Source: an uncultured Acidimicrobiia bacterium (GTDB lineage Bacteria; Acidobacteriota; Terriglobia; Versatilivoradales; Versatilivoraceae). Taken from it: 64,000 bases of DNA. The notes beneath the pieces are model-generated. The model was not told where the DNA came from and made no database searches. It was given only the letters and a program-made list of their open reading frames with translations. Shown here one piece after another: positions 9,998 to 19,374 of this stretch (its first letter is position 1; each line of letters starts with the position of its first letter). The translations under genes and the position numbers were made by a program. The stretch spans positions 64,001 through 128,000 of the forward strand of contig CAWBAT010000008.1 of assembly GCA_963786955.1 (NCBI GenBank), given 5' to 3'.

Positions 9998-10633
9998 ATG
10001 GCGAAAGCGTCACCTCAAGAAGTCACACAACTACTCGAAGCCTGGGGTCATGGAGATCAAAAGGCTCTCGGGCAACTCATCCCCGTAGTTTATAAAGAGC
10101 TGCACCGGCTGGCTCACCGTTTTATGAGTCTGGAGCACTCGGGCCCACCGCTGCAGACCACCGAACTGGTCGACGAAGCTTACCTCCGACTCGTTCGGGC
10201 CCAGCAAGTCCCCTGGCAGAACCGGACACACTTTTTGGCAATCGCGGCCCGTCTCATGCGGCAGGTGCTGGTCGACCAAGCCCGGACACGTTACTCCCTT
10301 AAGGGCGGAGGTGCGGTCCAACACATTCCCCTGGACGAGAAGTTTGAGCTTCCTGAGGAGAAGAGCGCGGATCTGTCAGCATTGGATGAGGTTCTGAAAG
10401 CTCTGGCCGTCTTTGATGAGCGCAAAAGTCAGGTCGTAGAGCTCCGTTTCTTTGGGGGGCTCACGATTGAGGAGACAGCGGAGGTCTTAAAGGTTTCCCC
10501 CGATACGGTCATGCGAGACTGGAACGTGGCCAGGTTATGGCTCTACCGGGAGCTTTCACAAACAAGAGACCAGATGGCGATGCGCAATTTGCTTCCCTTC
10601 AAGGATGGGGAAGCGAAGAGCATCAAGGAATAA
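9998..10633 (+). CDS. ECF sigma factor, kinase-associated (TIGR02999/ECF43-like)
   Basis: EVTQLLEAWGHGD, VYKELHRLA, LQTTELVDEAY, WQNRTHFLAIAA, VVELRFFGGLTIEETAEVL. GGAGG RBS before ATG 9998. Confidence 0.92.
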   Translation: MAKASPQEVTQLLEAWGHGDQKALGQLIPVVYKELHRLAHRFMSLEHSGPPLQTTELVDEAYLRLVRAQQVPWQNRTHFLAIAARLMRQVLVDQARTRYSLKGGGAVQHIPLDEKFELPEEKSADLSALDEVLKALAVFDERKSQVVELRFFGGLTIEETAEVLKVSPDTVMRDWNVARLWLYRELSQTRDQMAMRNLLPFKDGEAKSIKE

Positions 10634-10750
10634 ATGGGAGGAGATGGTATGGCGGACCTTATGGTATAAGGCCTGCGGCGTTTCCTATACACTCACATCT
10701 CAATCGTGCTGAAAAAACGGAAAGCCTGACGTCAGAGTGGGAGGAAAACG

Positions 10751-13700
10751 GTGGAGCAAAACCGTTGGCAGCATATCAGCCAGGTTTTGGAAGCTAGCCT
10801 GGAGCATGAAACGGGCAGTCGAGCCCAGTTTCTCGCTGAAGCCTGTGGTGGGGATGAGGAATTGCGCCGAGAAATAGACTCGCTGCTCGCTTTCGAGCCG
10901 GAGCTCAAACATTTTCTCGAAACACCGGTACTGGAGCAGATATCTCAGTCTCAGACTGCCAAACCAGAACCTTCGCTGGTAGGTCAACAAATCGGTATCT
11001 ACAAAATAGTTTCACAACTCGGAGTCGGCGGCATGGGAGAGGTGTATCGTGCGCTCGACACCCGGTTAGGCCGGACGGTAGCGCTCAAGATTTTGCCCGC
11101 AGAAGTGGCACAAGATCAAAACCGAATGCGGCAGTTCATTCGGGAGGCAAGGGCAGCCTCCGCATTGAATCACTCTAACATTTGCACCATTCATCACGTC
11201 GGAGAGTCGATTGGAATCCACTTTATTGTCATGGAATATGTCGAGGGAGAGACGCTGGCGCAACAAATGGAGGAGAGACGTAGTCCAATCGTCTCAAGAA
11301 AGTCGCCATCACATCCTCAAGAAATAAAGTCTGCTGAGGGAAAGCCACTGGAAAAACGCCAGCTAAGGTTAGTGGAAACTTCCGAAATTCTCGACTTGGG
11401 CATTCAGGTCGCGGATGCCCTCGAAGAAGCCCACAGCAAAGGAATCACCCATCGAGATATCAAGCCTGGCAATATCATGCTCACGCCGCGAAGGCTGGTG
11501 AAAGTCCTGGATTTTGGACTCGCCAAGATGACTCGAAAGGAAGGGGAGACGACGAGGATTGACTTGAAAACGCCAACGCGGGTAGAACCCGGGCTCATCC
11601 GGGGTACGGTCTCGTACATGAGCCCGGAGCAGGTGTTAGGCAGGGAGGTAGACTATCGCTCGGACCTCTTCAGTTTAGGGGCCGTGTTGTACGAGATGGC
11701 AACGGGACGGTTACCGTTTGCAGGAACGACGAGCACTGAAACGATGGACATGATCCTGCATGCGCAACCAGAACCCATCGCGAAATTCCGTCATGATCTG
11801 CCAGCTGAATTGGTCCGGATCATCAAGAAATTGCTTGAAAAGAACAGGGAGCGACGCTACCAGTCGGCACGGGAGATTGGAGTCGATCTAAGAAACCTGA
11901 AGCGGGACAGCAATTCGGGGCTCAAGGCGTTTTCACTTCTATCTGGAAGATATGTTCCTGTATCCCTCAGAACCCGCAATTCCGCACTGCGCGTCGGAAT
12001 ACCAGTAATCTTTCTACTTCTTATCGGTGCAATGTTGTGGTCCTACTATTCTTCCAATCTGCGAGAAAAATCCGCGCCTCGACTAAGAGCGTTCGAATTT
12101 ACAGGCTACCCGGGAGTTGAAGGTAGTCCAGCTTTTTCTCCCGATGGCAAACAGGTCGCGTTTTCATGGGATAGCGCAAAGCGGGACAACTTTGATATTT
12201 ATGTTCGGTATCTTGATGAAGTGGTCCCCCAACGACTAACGAATCACCCGGATATTGAGTATTTCCCTGCCTGGTCTCCCGACGGCCAGTGGATCGCCTT
12301 TCGCCGCTTGACCTCTGGAGGCTCAGACATTGTCGTGATGTCGGCACGCGGTGGCAAAGAGCGTTTGATTGCCTCGACTACTGTGAGATTGGATCATTTG
12401 TGGTACTTGCCCCTCAGCTGGACGAAGGATGGCAAGTTCATTATCGCGACGGACAAGACTAATCCTCAGGCACTCAATCACTGCATTTATCGCTTTCCCC
12501 TGGAAATGGGACGAAAAGAACAATTGACCTTCCCATTGCCCAATCAGGACGATATCTCTTCTGCTCTTTCGCCTGACGGGAAAATGCTGGCCTTCGCCAG
12601 AGGTCAGAACATCGGCGAAGCAGATATCTATCTGCTCTTCTTGGATCCATTAAAGTCTGGCAGAGAGCCGCAACGCCTCACTTCGGAGATGCAAGAAATT
12701 GAGGGCCTGGCTTGGGCACCAAATGGACAAACCATTATTTATTCTTCCAATCGAGGGGGTGCACTACGGACTCTTTGGAAGATATCGGCAAGAGGAGGGA
12801 ATCCTGAGCCTTTGATTGGAATTGGCGATGATGCTTACTTTCCGAGTGTAGCTGCAAGCGGCGATCGGCTCATCTATCAAAGATTGATCTTTAGCTCCAG
12901 CATTTGGCGCATCAAGGAGCTAGGTTCAAGGGCGAAACCCCAGCGGCATGAACACTCTGTAGAGCGTATGGTCAGCCCCAGCCAAAAGAATTTTGACCCC
13001 CAGTTTTCTCCAGACGGAAAGAAGATTGCATTTACGTCGGCCGTCAATTCGGGAATCTTTGATCTCTGGCTGAGTGACACCGATGGTTCGAGCCTGATGC
13101 AACTAACCCATTTGCGGTCAGTGACGACCTTCAGGCCTCGCTGGTCTCCAGACGGTACTCAAATCGCGTTTGCATCCTCCAAAGAAGGCAACCTGGATAT
13201 CTGGGTCGTGAGCGCAGCAGGAGGAGCACCCCGCCTCCTGACCAAGGAAAAGTCTATAGACACTCGACCGAGTTGGTCTAGGGATGGGCGATGGATTTAC
13301 TTTGCCTCCGATCGAGGCGGAGGATTTCAAGCCTGGAAAATCCCTTCTGAAGGTGGAACTGCTGTGCGGGTGACACGGAAGGGAGGATTCATGGCCTTGG
13401 AGTCTCCCGACGCACGTTGGGTTTATTACGACAAATCCGGGCAGGATGGGATCTGGAAAATCCCTGTCAACGGTGGAGAAGAGACTGAAGTGGTGAATGA
13501 AGCGAGGTCCGGCTTCTGGGCCATGGCAGATGAAGGTCTGTTCTTGCTCCATCCAGATACGAAAGAAGGTCCCAAAATAGAATTATTTCAATTTGCTACC
13601 CACAAGCTCGAGACTATCATGACTCTCCGCGACCACTTTGGACCCAGTACCCTATTCGACAACGGGTTAGACGTCACCGCGGATGGAAGCTGGATCATAT

Positions 13701-13756
13701 TTTCAATGATCGAGTTTCCCGAATCCAGTCTCGTGATGGTGGAAAACTTCCGCTGA
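10751..13756 (+). CDS. Membrane Ser/Thr protein kinase with extracytoplasmic TolB/PD40 beta-propellers
   Basis: GVGGMGEVY, VALK, HRDIKPGN, DFG, YMSPEQ; one TM helix; repeated (F/W)SPDG motifs. Confidence 0.95.
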   Translation: MEQNRWQHISQVLEASLEHETGSRAQFLAEACGGDEELRREIDSLLAFEPELKHFLETPVLEQISQSQTAKPEPSLVGQQIGIYKIVSQLGVGGMGEVYRALDTRLGRTVALKILPAEVAQDQNRMRQFIREARAASALNHSNICTIHHVGESIGIHFIVMEYVEGETLAQQMEERRSPIVSRKSPSHPQEIKSAEGKPLEKRQLRLVETSEILDLGIQVADALEEAHSKGITHRDIKPGNIMLTPRRLVKVLDFGLAKMTRKEGETTRIDLKTPTRVEPGLIRGTVSYMSPEQVLGREVDYRSDLFSLGAVLYEMATGRLPFAGTTSTETMDMILHAQPEPIAKFRHDLPAELVRIIKKLLEKNRERRYQSAREIGVDLRNLKRDSNSGLKAFSLLSGRYVPVSLRTRNSALRVGIPVIFLLLIGAMLWSYYSSNLREKSAPRLRAFEFTGYPGVEGSPAFSPDGKQVAFSWDSAKRDNFDIYVRYLDEVVPQRLTNHPDIEYFPAWSPDGQWIAFRRLTSGGSDIVVMSARGGKERLIASTTVRLDHLWYLPLSWTKDGKFIIATDKTNPQALNHCIYRFPLEMGRKEQLTFPLPNQDDISSALSPDGKMLAFARGQNIGEADIYLLFLDPLKSGREPQRLTSEMQEIEGLAWAPNGQTIIYSSNRGGALRTLWKISARGGNPEPLIGIGDDAYFPSVAASGDRLIYQRLIFSSSIWRIKELGSRAKPQRHEHSVERMVSPSQKNFDPQFSPDGKKIAFTSAVNSGIFDLWLSDTDGSSLMQLTHLRSVTTFRPRWSPDGTQIAFASSKEGNLDIWVVSAAGGAPRLLTKEKSIDTRPSWSRDGRWIYFASDRGGGFQAWKIPSEGGTAVRVTRKGGFMALESPDARWVYYDKSGQDGIWKIPVNGGEETEVVNEARSGFWAMADEGLFLLHPDTKEGPKIELFQFATHKLETIMTLRDHFGPSTLFDNGLDVTADGSWIIFSMIEFPESSLVMVENFR

Positions 13757-14172
13757 TCCCATCGCGCACCAGATTGTGACGCAGTCGATCCTGTGACCTA
13801 ACTCGCTCCTTTGCATGACAATCACTGAAAAAAAACTTAAACAGCTCGTCTCTGCTGACGAGCAAAAGCTCCTCGCCCCCGGTCAAACTGTGCCGGATTA
13901 CGGTCTCGCAGGAGCTCGACCATCGGAATTTACTCGCCTGGAGGGCGGAGCTCTGCGAAGCCGCGATAACCCCATGAGTGATCCGGCCTCTATGAGAACT
14001 CAAATTAGGTCATTAATGTGCGGACTATGAGTTAAGATGTCCTTGTTGATTCTTATTTCACACCCAGCCAAATCGCGAGAGGATTATCGTAGTCGGATGA
14101 GCTGGAGCGGGTGCTTTGCAGTTGAAGCGGTTTCTAACGCCATACTTCGATTTGATAGCGGGGAGGAATGAT

Positions 14173-15510
14173 ATGGATTATCCTAAAATGTCGCGAAGAA
14201 ATTTCAACAAATCCGTAGCCATGGGAGCAGCCAGTCTGGCGATGTCGGCTGGACCGGCAGTCCGGAACGTGCTGGGAGCCAACGACCGCATAGGCGTGGG
14301 CCTGATTGGGTCAGGTGGTCAAGGGTCATACAATTTGCGGTCTTTTGTAAAAACCGGTCAGGTGGACGTCGTGGCTCTTGCCGATGTGAATGACCTTCCC
14401 CTCAATAATGCCCTGGCAAGCTTGAATCTGCCGGCAGGGAAGGTGAAAAGCTATAAGGACTTTCGAAAGCTTTTAGAGATCAAAGAAATTGATGCGGTGA
14501 TTGTGGCGACTCCCGAGCATTGGCATGCCATCCCCATGATCATGGCCTGCCAAGCGGGAAAAGATGTGTACGTGGAGAAGCCGACTTCGCACACGATCGT
14601 CGAAGGGCGGAGGATGGTGGAGGCGGCCAACAAATATAATCGTGTAGTGCAATGCGGGACACAACAACGGTCTGGAGAGCACTTTCAGAAGGTCACAGAA
14701 ATGATCCGTAACGGTAGAATCGGCAGGATAACGGCGGCGGAGACTTGGGTATTGAGCAAGACGTCGAATCAGCCCCAAGCACAAACAGCCGTAGAAGATA
14801 GTGATCCTCCGCCGGGCTTGGACTGGGACATGTGGCTGGGGCCAGCACCCTATCATCATTACAACCGGAACCGCCACAAGAGCTGGAGTCGTTATTGGGA
14901 GACCGGGGGCGGCGAGATTACCAACTGGGCGCCTCACTTGCTTGATATTATCCAATGGGGAATCGCAGTCGACGCTCCTCGAACGATTGCGGTTTCTGGA
15001 GGCCAGTATCTGACTTCGGGAATCGTTGATACTCCCGACACGGTAGAAGCGATCTACGAATATCCAGGGACCCCAGTCAACGCGAACGGACTTCTGGTGA
15101 AGTTCTATAACCGGGCTGGCCGCGGGCCAGACGGGCATGCTTACGGCATGGAGTTCTACGGCACCGAGGGGACCCTCTTCGTGGACCGGGAAGGCTATAC
15201 GATCTGGCCCATGGATTTGATTCACGACGGCTGGGAAACTTTCGGCCCCACCGCTGTCGTGACTGGAGATGGAACGGCACAACACCAGCCGCACGTCGAA
15301 AACTTCCTGGAGTGTATGCGGTCAAGGAAGAAGCCGAATTCGGACATCGAAACAACACACCGAGCGACCAGCGCATGCATTATTGGGAACATTTCCTACC
15401 AACTGGGCAGGAAACTTCAATGGGACCGCGAAAAAGAGCAGTTTGTGAACGACCCGGAGGCCAACAAGAAGCTGACGAAGGAATATCGAAAACCGTGGAC
15501 TATCAATTAA
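14173..15510 (+). CDS. Gfo/Idh/MocA oxidoreductase, Tat-exported
   Basis: SRRNFNK Tat motif, GLIGSGGQG, ATPEHWH, YVEKP, DWDMWLGPA. Confidence 0.92.
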   Translation: MDYPKMSRRNFNKSVAMGAASLAMSAGPAVRNVLGANDRIGVGLIGSGGQGSYNLRSFVKTGQVDVVALADVNDLPLNNALASLNLPAGKVKSYKDFRKLLEIKEIDAVIVATPEHWHAIPMIMACQAGKDVYVEKPTSHTIVEGRRMVEAANKYNRVVQCGTQQRSGEHFQKVTEMIRNGRIGRITAAETWVLSKTSNQPQAQTAVEDSDPPPGLDWDMWLGPAPYHHYNRNRHKSWSRYWETGGGEITNWAPHLLDIIQWGIAVDAPRTIAVSGGQYLTSGIVDTPDTVEAIYEYPGTPVNANGLLVKFYNRAGRGPDGHAYGMEFYGTEGTLFVDREGYTIWPMDLIHDGWETFGPTAVVTGDGTAQHQPHVENFLECMRSRKKPNSDIETTHRATSACIIGNISYQLGRKLQWDREKEQFVNDPEANKKLTKEYRKPWTIN

Positions 15511-15639
15511 ATTAATGAAAGACCACGGACGTGATTTAGCGTTTCTCGTTGTGAGCCGGCCGTAAAACCACAGGGCATCCTGATTCTGCTAGAGCTGCAC
15601 TCGGACGACAGAATCAGATCCTCTTGAGATGCGACAACA

Positions 15640-15778
15640 TTGGAGGGCGGAGCTTGGCGCCGCCGCGTTCAGGTGGAGCGGGCGCGTGGGACCGCCGTCC
15701 CCGCGCGCACGCTTAATGAACACGCGACGGAGCGTGCGTCCCATCATTGATTTCCAGCCTCGTAAGATTCGGCCCTCC
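15640..15778. repeat. Composite REP/REPIN-like element (family A)
   Basis: Similar ~139-bp copy at 48676-48814; outer inverted arms GGAGGGCGGAG...TTCGGCCCTCC. Confidence 0.8.
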
Positions 15779-15842
15779 AGGACAGACAATGAGTTGACGG
15801 TGCCCCCTTGCCCAACGCGGGAGAAAGTAAATGTATTCGGCG

Positions 15843-16060
15843 CCCCTCTCACCAGCGCGGGAGAGCGGTTGGGGGGGACCCCTAAAGAAGACTCATTTGT
15901 CATTGTTCACGGTTCATTTCTCATTTTCCATTGAGACGCTTAAATAAAAGATGGCCAATGAGAATTGACCAATGACAAATAAGATTGTTGCAAACAGGAA
16001 AGACTCACTCCTAAAGGTTGACTCCTTTATTCCCCTCCGCTGGAGGGGTGAAGGGGTGGG
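15843..16060. repeat. Composite palindromic intergenic repeat (family B)
   Basis: GGTTGGGGGGGACC-CTAAAGAAGACTCATTTGTCATTG...AATTGACCAATGACAAAT followed by TCCCCTCCG-TGGAGG-GTG-AGGGGTGGG; second copy at about 52427-52696. Confidence 0.8.
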
Positions 16061-16193
16061 TTAGCTGAAGATGTCGTTCTACCAGATTTCGTCAAAGCTT
16101 TGATGAAGCGCAATACTCGCGAGGCTTTTGCAATTTCGGCTACAGGACAATTGCTCTGATAGCACGGGCACTTGCCAGAGAGGAAGATGAGCG

Positions 16194-17540
16194 ATGCATA
16201 ACCCCCCACCCCCCCGAAATTTGACTGGAGAGTCCGGCGTGGGATCCGGGCCTACAGATGCGCAGTGGCGGATCATTGCATTGCTTGTGATTTCGGTAGC
16301 CATGAATTACGTAGACCGTGGGAGCCTTTCGATTGCTGCGCCCGACCTCAACCGAGAATTTCATTTCCACCCTGCCCAAATGGGGGTGCTGTTTTCCGCG
16401 TTTTTTTGGTCCTATGCGGGCTTCATGGTAGTGGCTGGTTGGCTGGCTGACCGCCACCCAATCTCCCTGGTCTTAGGCGTGGGTTACCTGATCTGGTCCC
16501 TGGCCACTTTCGGAACCGGATTCGTCTCCAGTTTTCAGGCTCTCCTGATATTGCGAGTATTTCTTGGGCTAGGGGAGTCTGTGGCTTACCCAGTGTACTC
16601 AAAAATTATTGCTGAACAATTTCCCATCTCCCAGCGAGGTTTGCCGAACGCGCTCATCGATGCCGGAGCCAAAGTTGGCCCAGCGGTCGGTACAATGGTT
16701 GGAGGATTGATCGCGGCACGCTTCGGCTGGAGAATGATGTTTATTGTCCTCGGAATCTGCAGCCTGTTATGGCTCATCCCTTGGTGCCTGTGGGCTCCAC
16801 GCGGCAGGACAAGGACAGATGGAAATCACACACTAACGCCCAGTTCTCAACAATCTCCGGGAATTCTGCAGATTTGCCGACGTCGCGATGCCTGGGGCAC
16901 ATTTATTGGAAATTTCTGTGCGAACTATGCCTACTACTTTCTACTGACCTGGCTCCCCAGCTATCTCGTGACAGAGAGGAAGCTCTCCACGGGAATGATG
17001 GCAATATTAGCTTCGTTGCCATTTTGGGCGAGCGCCAGTTCCTCATTGTTCGGAGGGTGGGCGTCTGACCACTGGATCGCTCGAGGAGCGTCAGCCACAC
17101 GTGTACGAAAGACTTTTGTTGTGACCGGGCTCGTGTTGGGCACTCTCATTTTCCCGGCAGCGTTGGCTGCCGACTTGCGGGTTTCGATGGCGCTTTTAGT
17201 GGGGGCCTATGTTGCCTTCGGACTCTTCTCTTCAAACCACTGGGCCATTACCCAGACGCTAGCGGGTCCGCTGGCGGCGGGCAGATGGACAGGTCTCCAA
17301 AATGGCATCGCCAATTTATCCGGGGTAATTGCTCCCTACGTCACCGGCCTAATCATTGTGCAGACAGGAAATTATTATTGGGCTTTCGCGTCGGCATCAA
17401 TCATCTTGCTTATCGGCGCGTTCTGTTACCTTTTCGTAGTCCAGGAAGTCGCATCGGTAAAATGGCCAGTCCAGAAGGGACTGGCCGAAGACCTGATTCC
17501 CAAGCCCACGGGGGAAACGGCTGGTGGAGGTTTGACTTGA
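16194..17540 (+). CDS. MFS transporter (ACS/sugar-acid type)
   Basis: NYVDRGSLSIAAP, GWLADR, RVFLGLGES motifs; about 12 TM segments. Confidence 0.9.
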   Translation: MHNPPPPRNLTGESGVGSGPTDAQWRIIALLVISVAMNYVDRGSLSIAAPDLNREFHFHPAQMGVLFSAFFWSYAGFMVVAGWLADRHPISLVLGVGYLIWSLATFGTGFVSSFQALLILRVFLGLGESVAYPVYSKIIAEQFPISQRGLPNALIDAGAKVGPAVGTMVGGLIAARFGWRMMFIVLGICSLLWLIPWCLWAPRGRTRTDGNHTLTPSSQQSPGILQICRRRDAWGTFIGNFCANYAYYFLLTWLPSYLVTERKLSTGMMAILASLPFWASASSSLFGGWASDHWIARGASATRVRKTFVVTGLVLGTLIFPAALAADLRVSMALLVGAYVAFGLFSSNHWAITQTLAGPLAAGRWTGLQNGIANLSGVIAPYVTGLIIVQTGNYYWAFASASIILLIGAFCYLFVVQEVASVKWPVQKGLAEDLIPKPTGETAGGGLT

Positions 17541-17659
17541 TGAGGTTTTAGCGGCAGTGGAACAGAGAGTCAACGTGTCCTGAGATTCGGATCACGCTCG
17601 AATCAAAGACAAGAATCGGCCCGGTTCATGTCGGCTCGTCAATGGAATATCTTGGCAAA

Positions 17660-18843
17660 TTAGACTTTGGCATCGACAGTTATTGCTCGCACCTCTTGCC
17701 AGCTCCCACTCTGCCAGGAACGTTGAAGAGCGGCTTGTACCTTAGCAACCTCGAGAGAATCAGCAAATCCAGGCTCCCCTTGCTTGCCCTCCGCGATCGA
17801 CGTCAGAAATTGGAATGCTTCGATGGTCTTTAGATCCTCGTAACTCAGCCCAATGCCGGGGCCCGGGTTGAAGCGGAGATGGAAAGGATGCTCGGGACTG
17901 CTGAGGACCCGCACATAACCTCCTGAGGCATTGTCCCCACCTGCGAACGAGACTTGCAATTCATTCATTCGTTCGAAATCCCAACTCAGGGCTCCATTCG
18001 TTCCGTGAACTTCAAATGCCATCTGACACTGCGGGCCTTTGATAATTCGGCAGGCCTCCAGCGTGCCATGCGCACCGTTTGTGAAGCGGACCAGGGCTCC
18101 GGCATAATCTTCATTGGTTACGTTCCCCTTGGGACCGTCGCCCCCCAGGCTGAAATGAGTGCCTACCCCGGGTATGGGGAGAGGTCGCTCCGTAATGAAA
18201 GTCTCGGCATTCCCCACGACGCGTTGAATTGGCCCGGCGATCATGTGAGCCATATCGATGACGTGTGACAATAAGTCTCCACTGGCGCCTAAGCCGCCCA
18301 ATTCCTGTTGAAAACGCCACGACAGGACTCCTTGCGGGTTGGTTGCGTATCCAGCAAAGAAACGTCCGCGGTAATGAGTGAGCTTTCCGAGCCGCCCGTC
18401 CTGTATAAGATTCCGGGCATATTGCACCAGGGGCGCCCAACGATAGTTGTAACCGACAAAGGTGAGGACTCCGGCTTAGCGGGCCGCCTGTTCGATGGCG
18501 GCGGTCTCCTCGGGGCTCCTGCCCACCGGCTTCTCGCAAAAAATATGTTTGCCGGCTTTTGCGCTCGCCTTGCCATTTCCAAATGGAAAAAATTGGGAGA
18601 AGCAATATTAATCACTTCGATTTCCGGGTCGTTAACCACGGACAGCCATTCGGTCGTACAGCGCTCAAAGCCCAGTCGATCCCGGGCGTCCTGGGTCCTT
18701 GACTTTACATCGTCGGCGCAGGCAATGAGACGCGGTTGGAGAGCGCAGTCTGGAAAACGTTCCGCGATTTGACGGTAGGAACGACTATGCTGGACACCCA
18801 TCCAACCCATTCCGATGACACCGATTCCGATACTGCGTGGCAT
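17660..18843 (-). pseudogene. Interrupted Gfo/Idh/MocA oxidoreductase (inositol dehydrogenase-like)
   Basis: N-part GVIGMGWMG; frameshift at about 18561-18572 before [10 protein letters not shown]; in-frame TAA at 18476-18478 ([20 protein letters not shown]). Confidence 0.8.
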
Positions 18844-19374
18844 CCCTGAAGCTCCCCCTTTCTCAGAAAACCAGCTCGATCAATAAGAATCTTTAATCTG
18901 CAATTCGAAGCGTATTTACGACCCAGACGGCCAGATGCATTGCGCGCGATATCGTACATCGTAACAGGCGCCGTCTGTCAACACATGTGTATCCCTACCC
19001 ACCCAGTTGGGATTGAAACTATAAAGAATCGAACAATCAGATGATTCTGTTCATGAGGGCATTTAGGGCAGTTCAATTGAACGTAGTGAGATGAGCCAAT
19101 GGTCTAGAACCTTTGCTCACTGGTATACGCCCGATGCAGGTCTGCGAGGTTAGAGAGGAAGCCGGTGAGGTCAGCTAAGTTTTGTGATGTCTGGTCTCGG
19201 AATGGCCTTCGACAGTCATTGGCAAACGGAGCTACTCAATCACTAGGGTTTGTCCTTTGATTGCAACAATAGGGTCCGGGTCTTACGAGAAAGTCAGCGG
19301 TTGAACTAAAGCAAGGGCTTCCCGTCGAAGCTGATCGATTTTGACCCGGAGTAAGTTGCATTCTCGCTCTTCGA

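Noticed and set aside
14473-15294. Long antisense ORFs (this one, 53516-54385, 58525-59262, 44597-45274)
   Set aside because: They lie opposite well-supported genes and show no motifs; expected from codon bias.
15589-15934. ORFs of about 100 aa sharing peptide with 48213-48966 (RARGDGGPTR)
   Set aside because: The shared peptide is just translation of repeat family A.
18985-19019. GGGATTGAAAC, resembling the 3' end of a CRISPR repeat
   Set aside because: Single copy, no regular spacing and no cas genes in the window.
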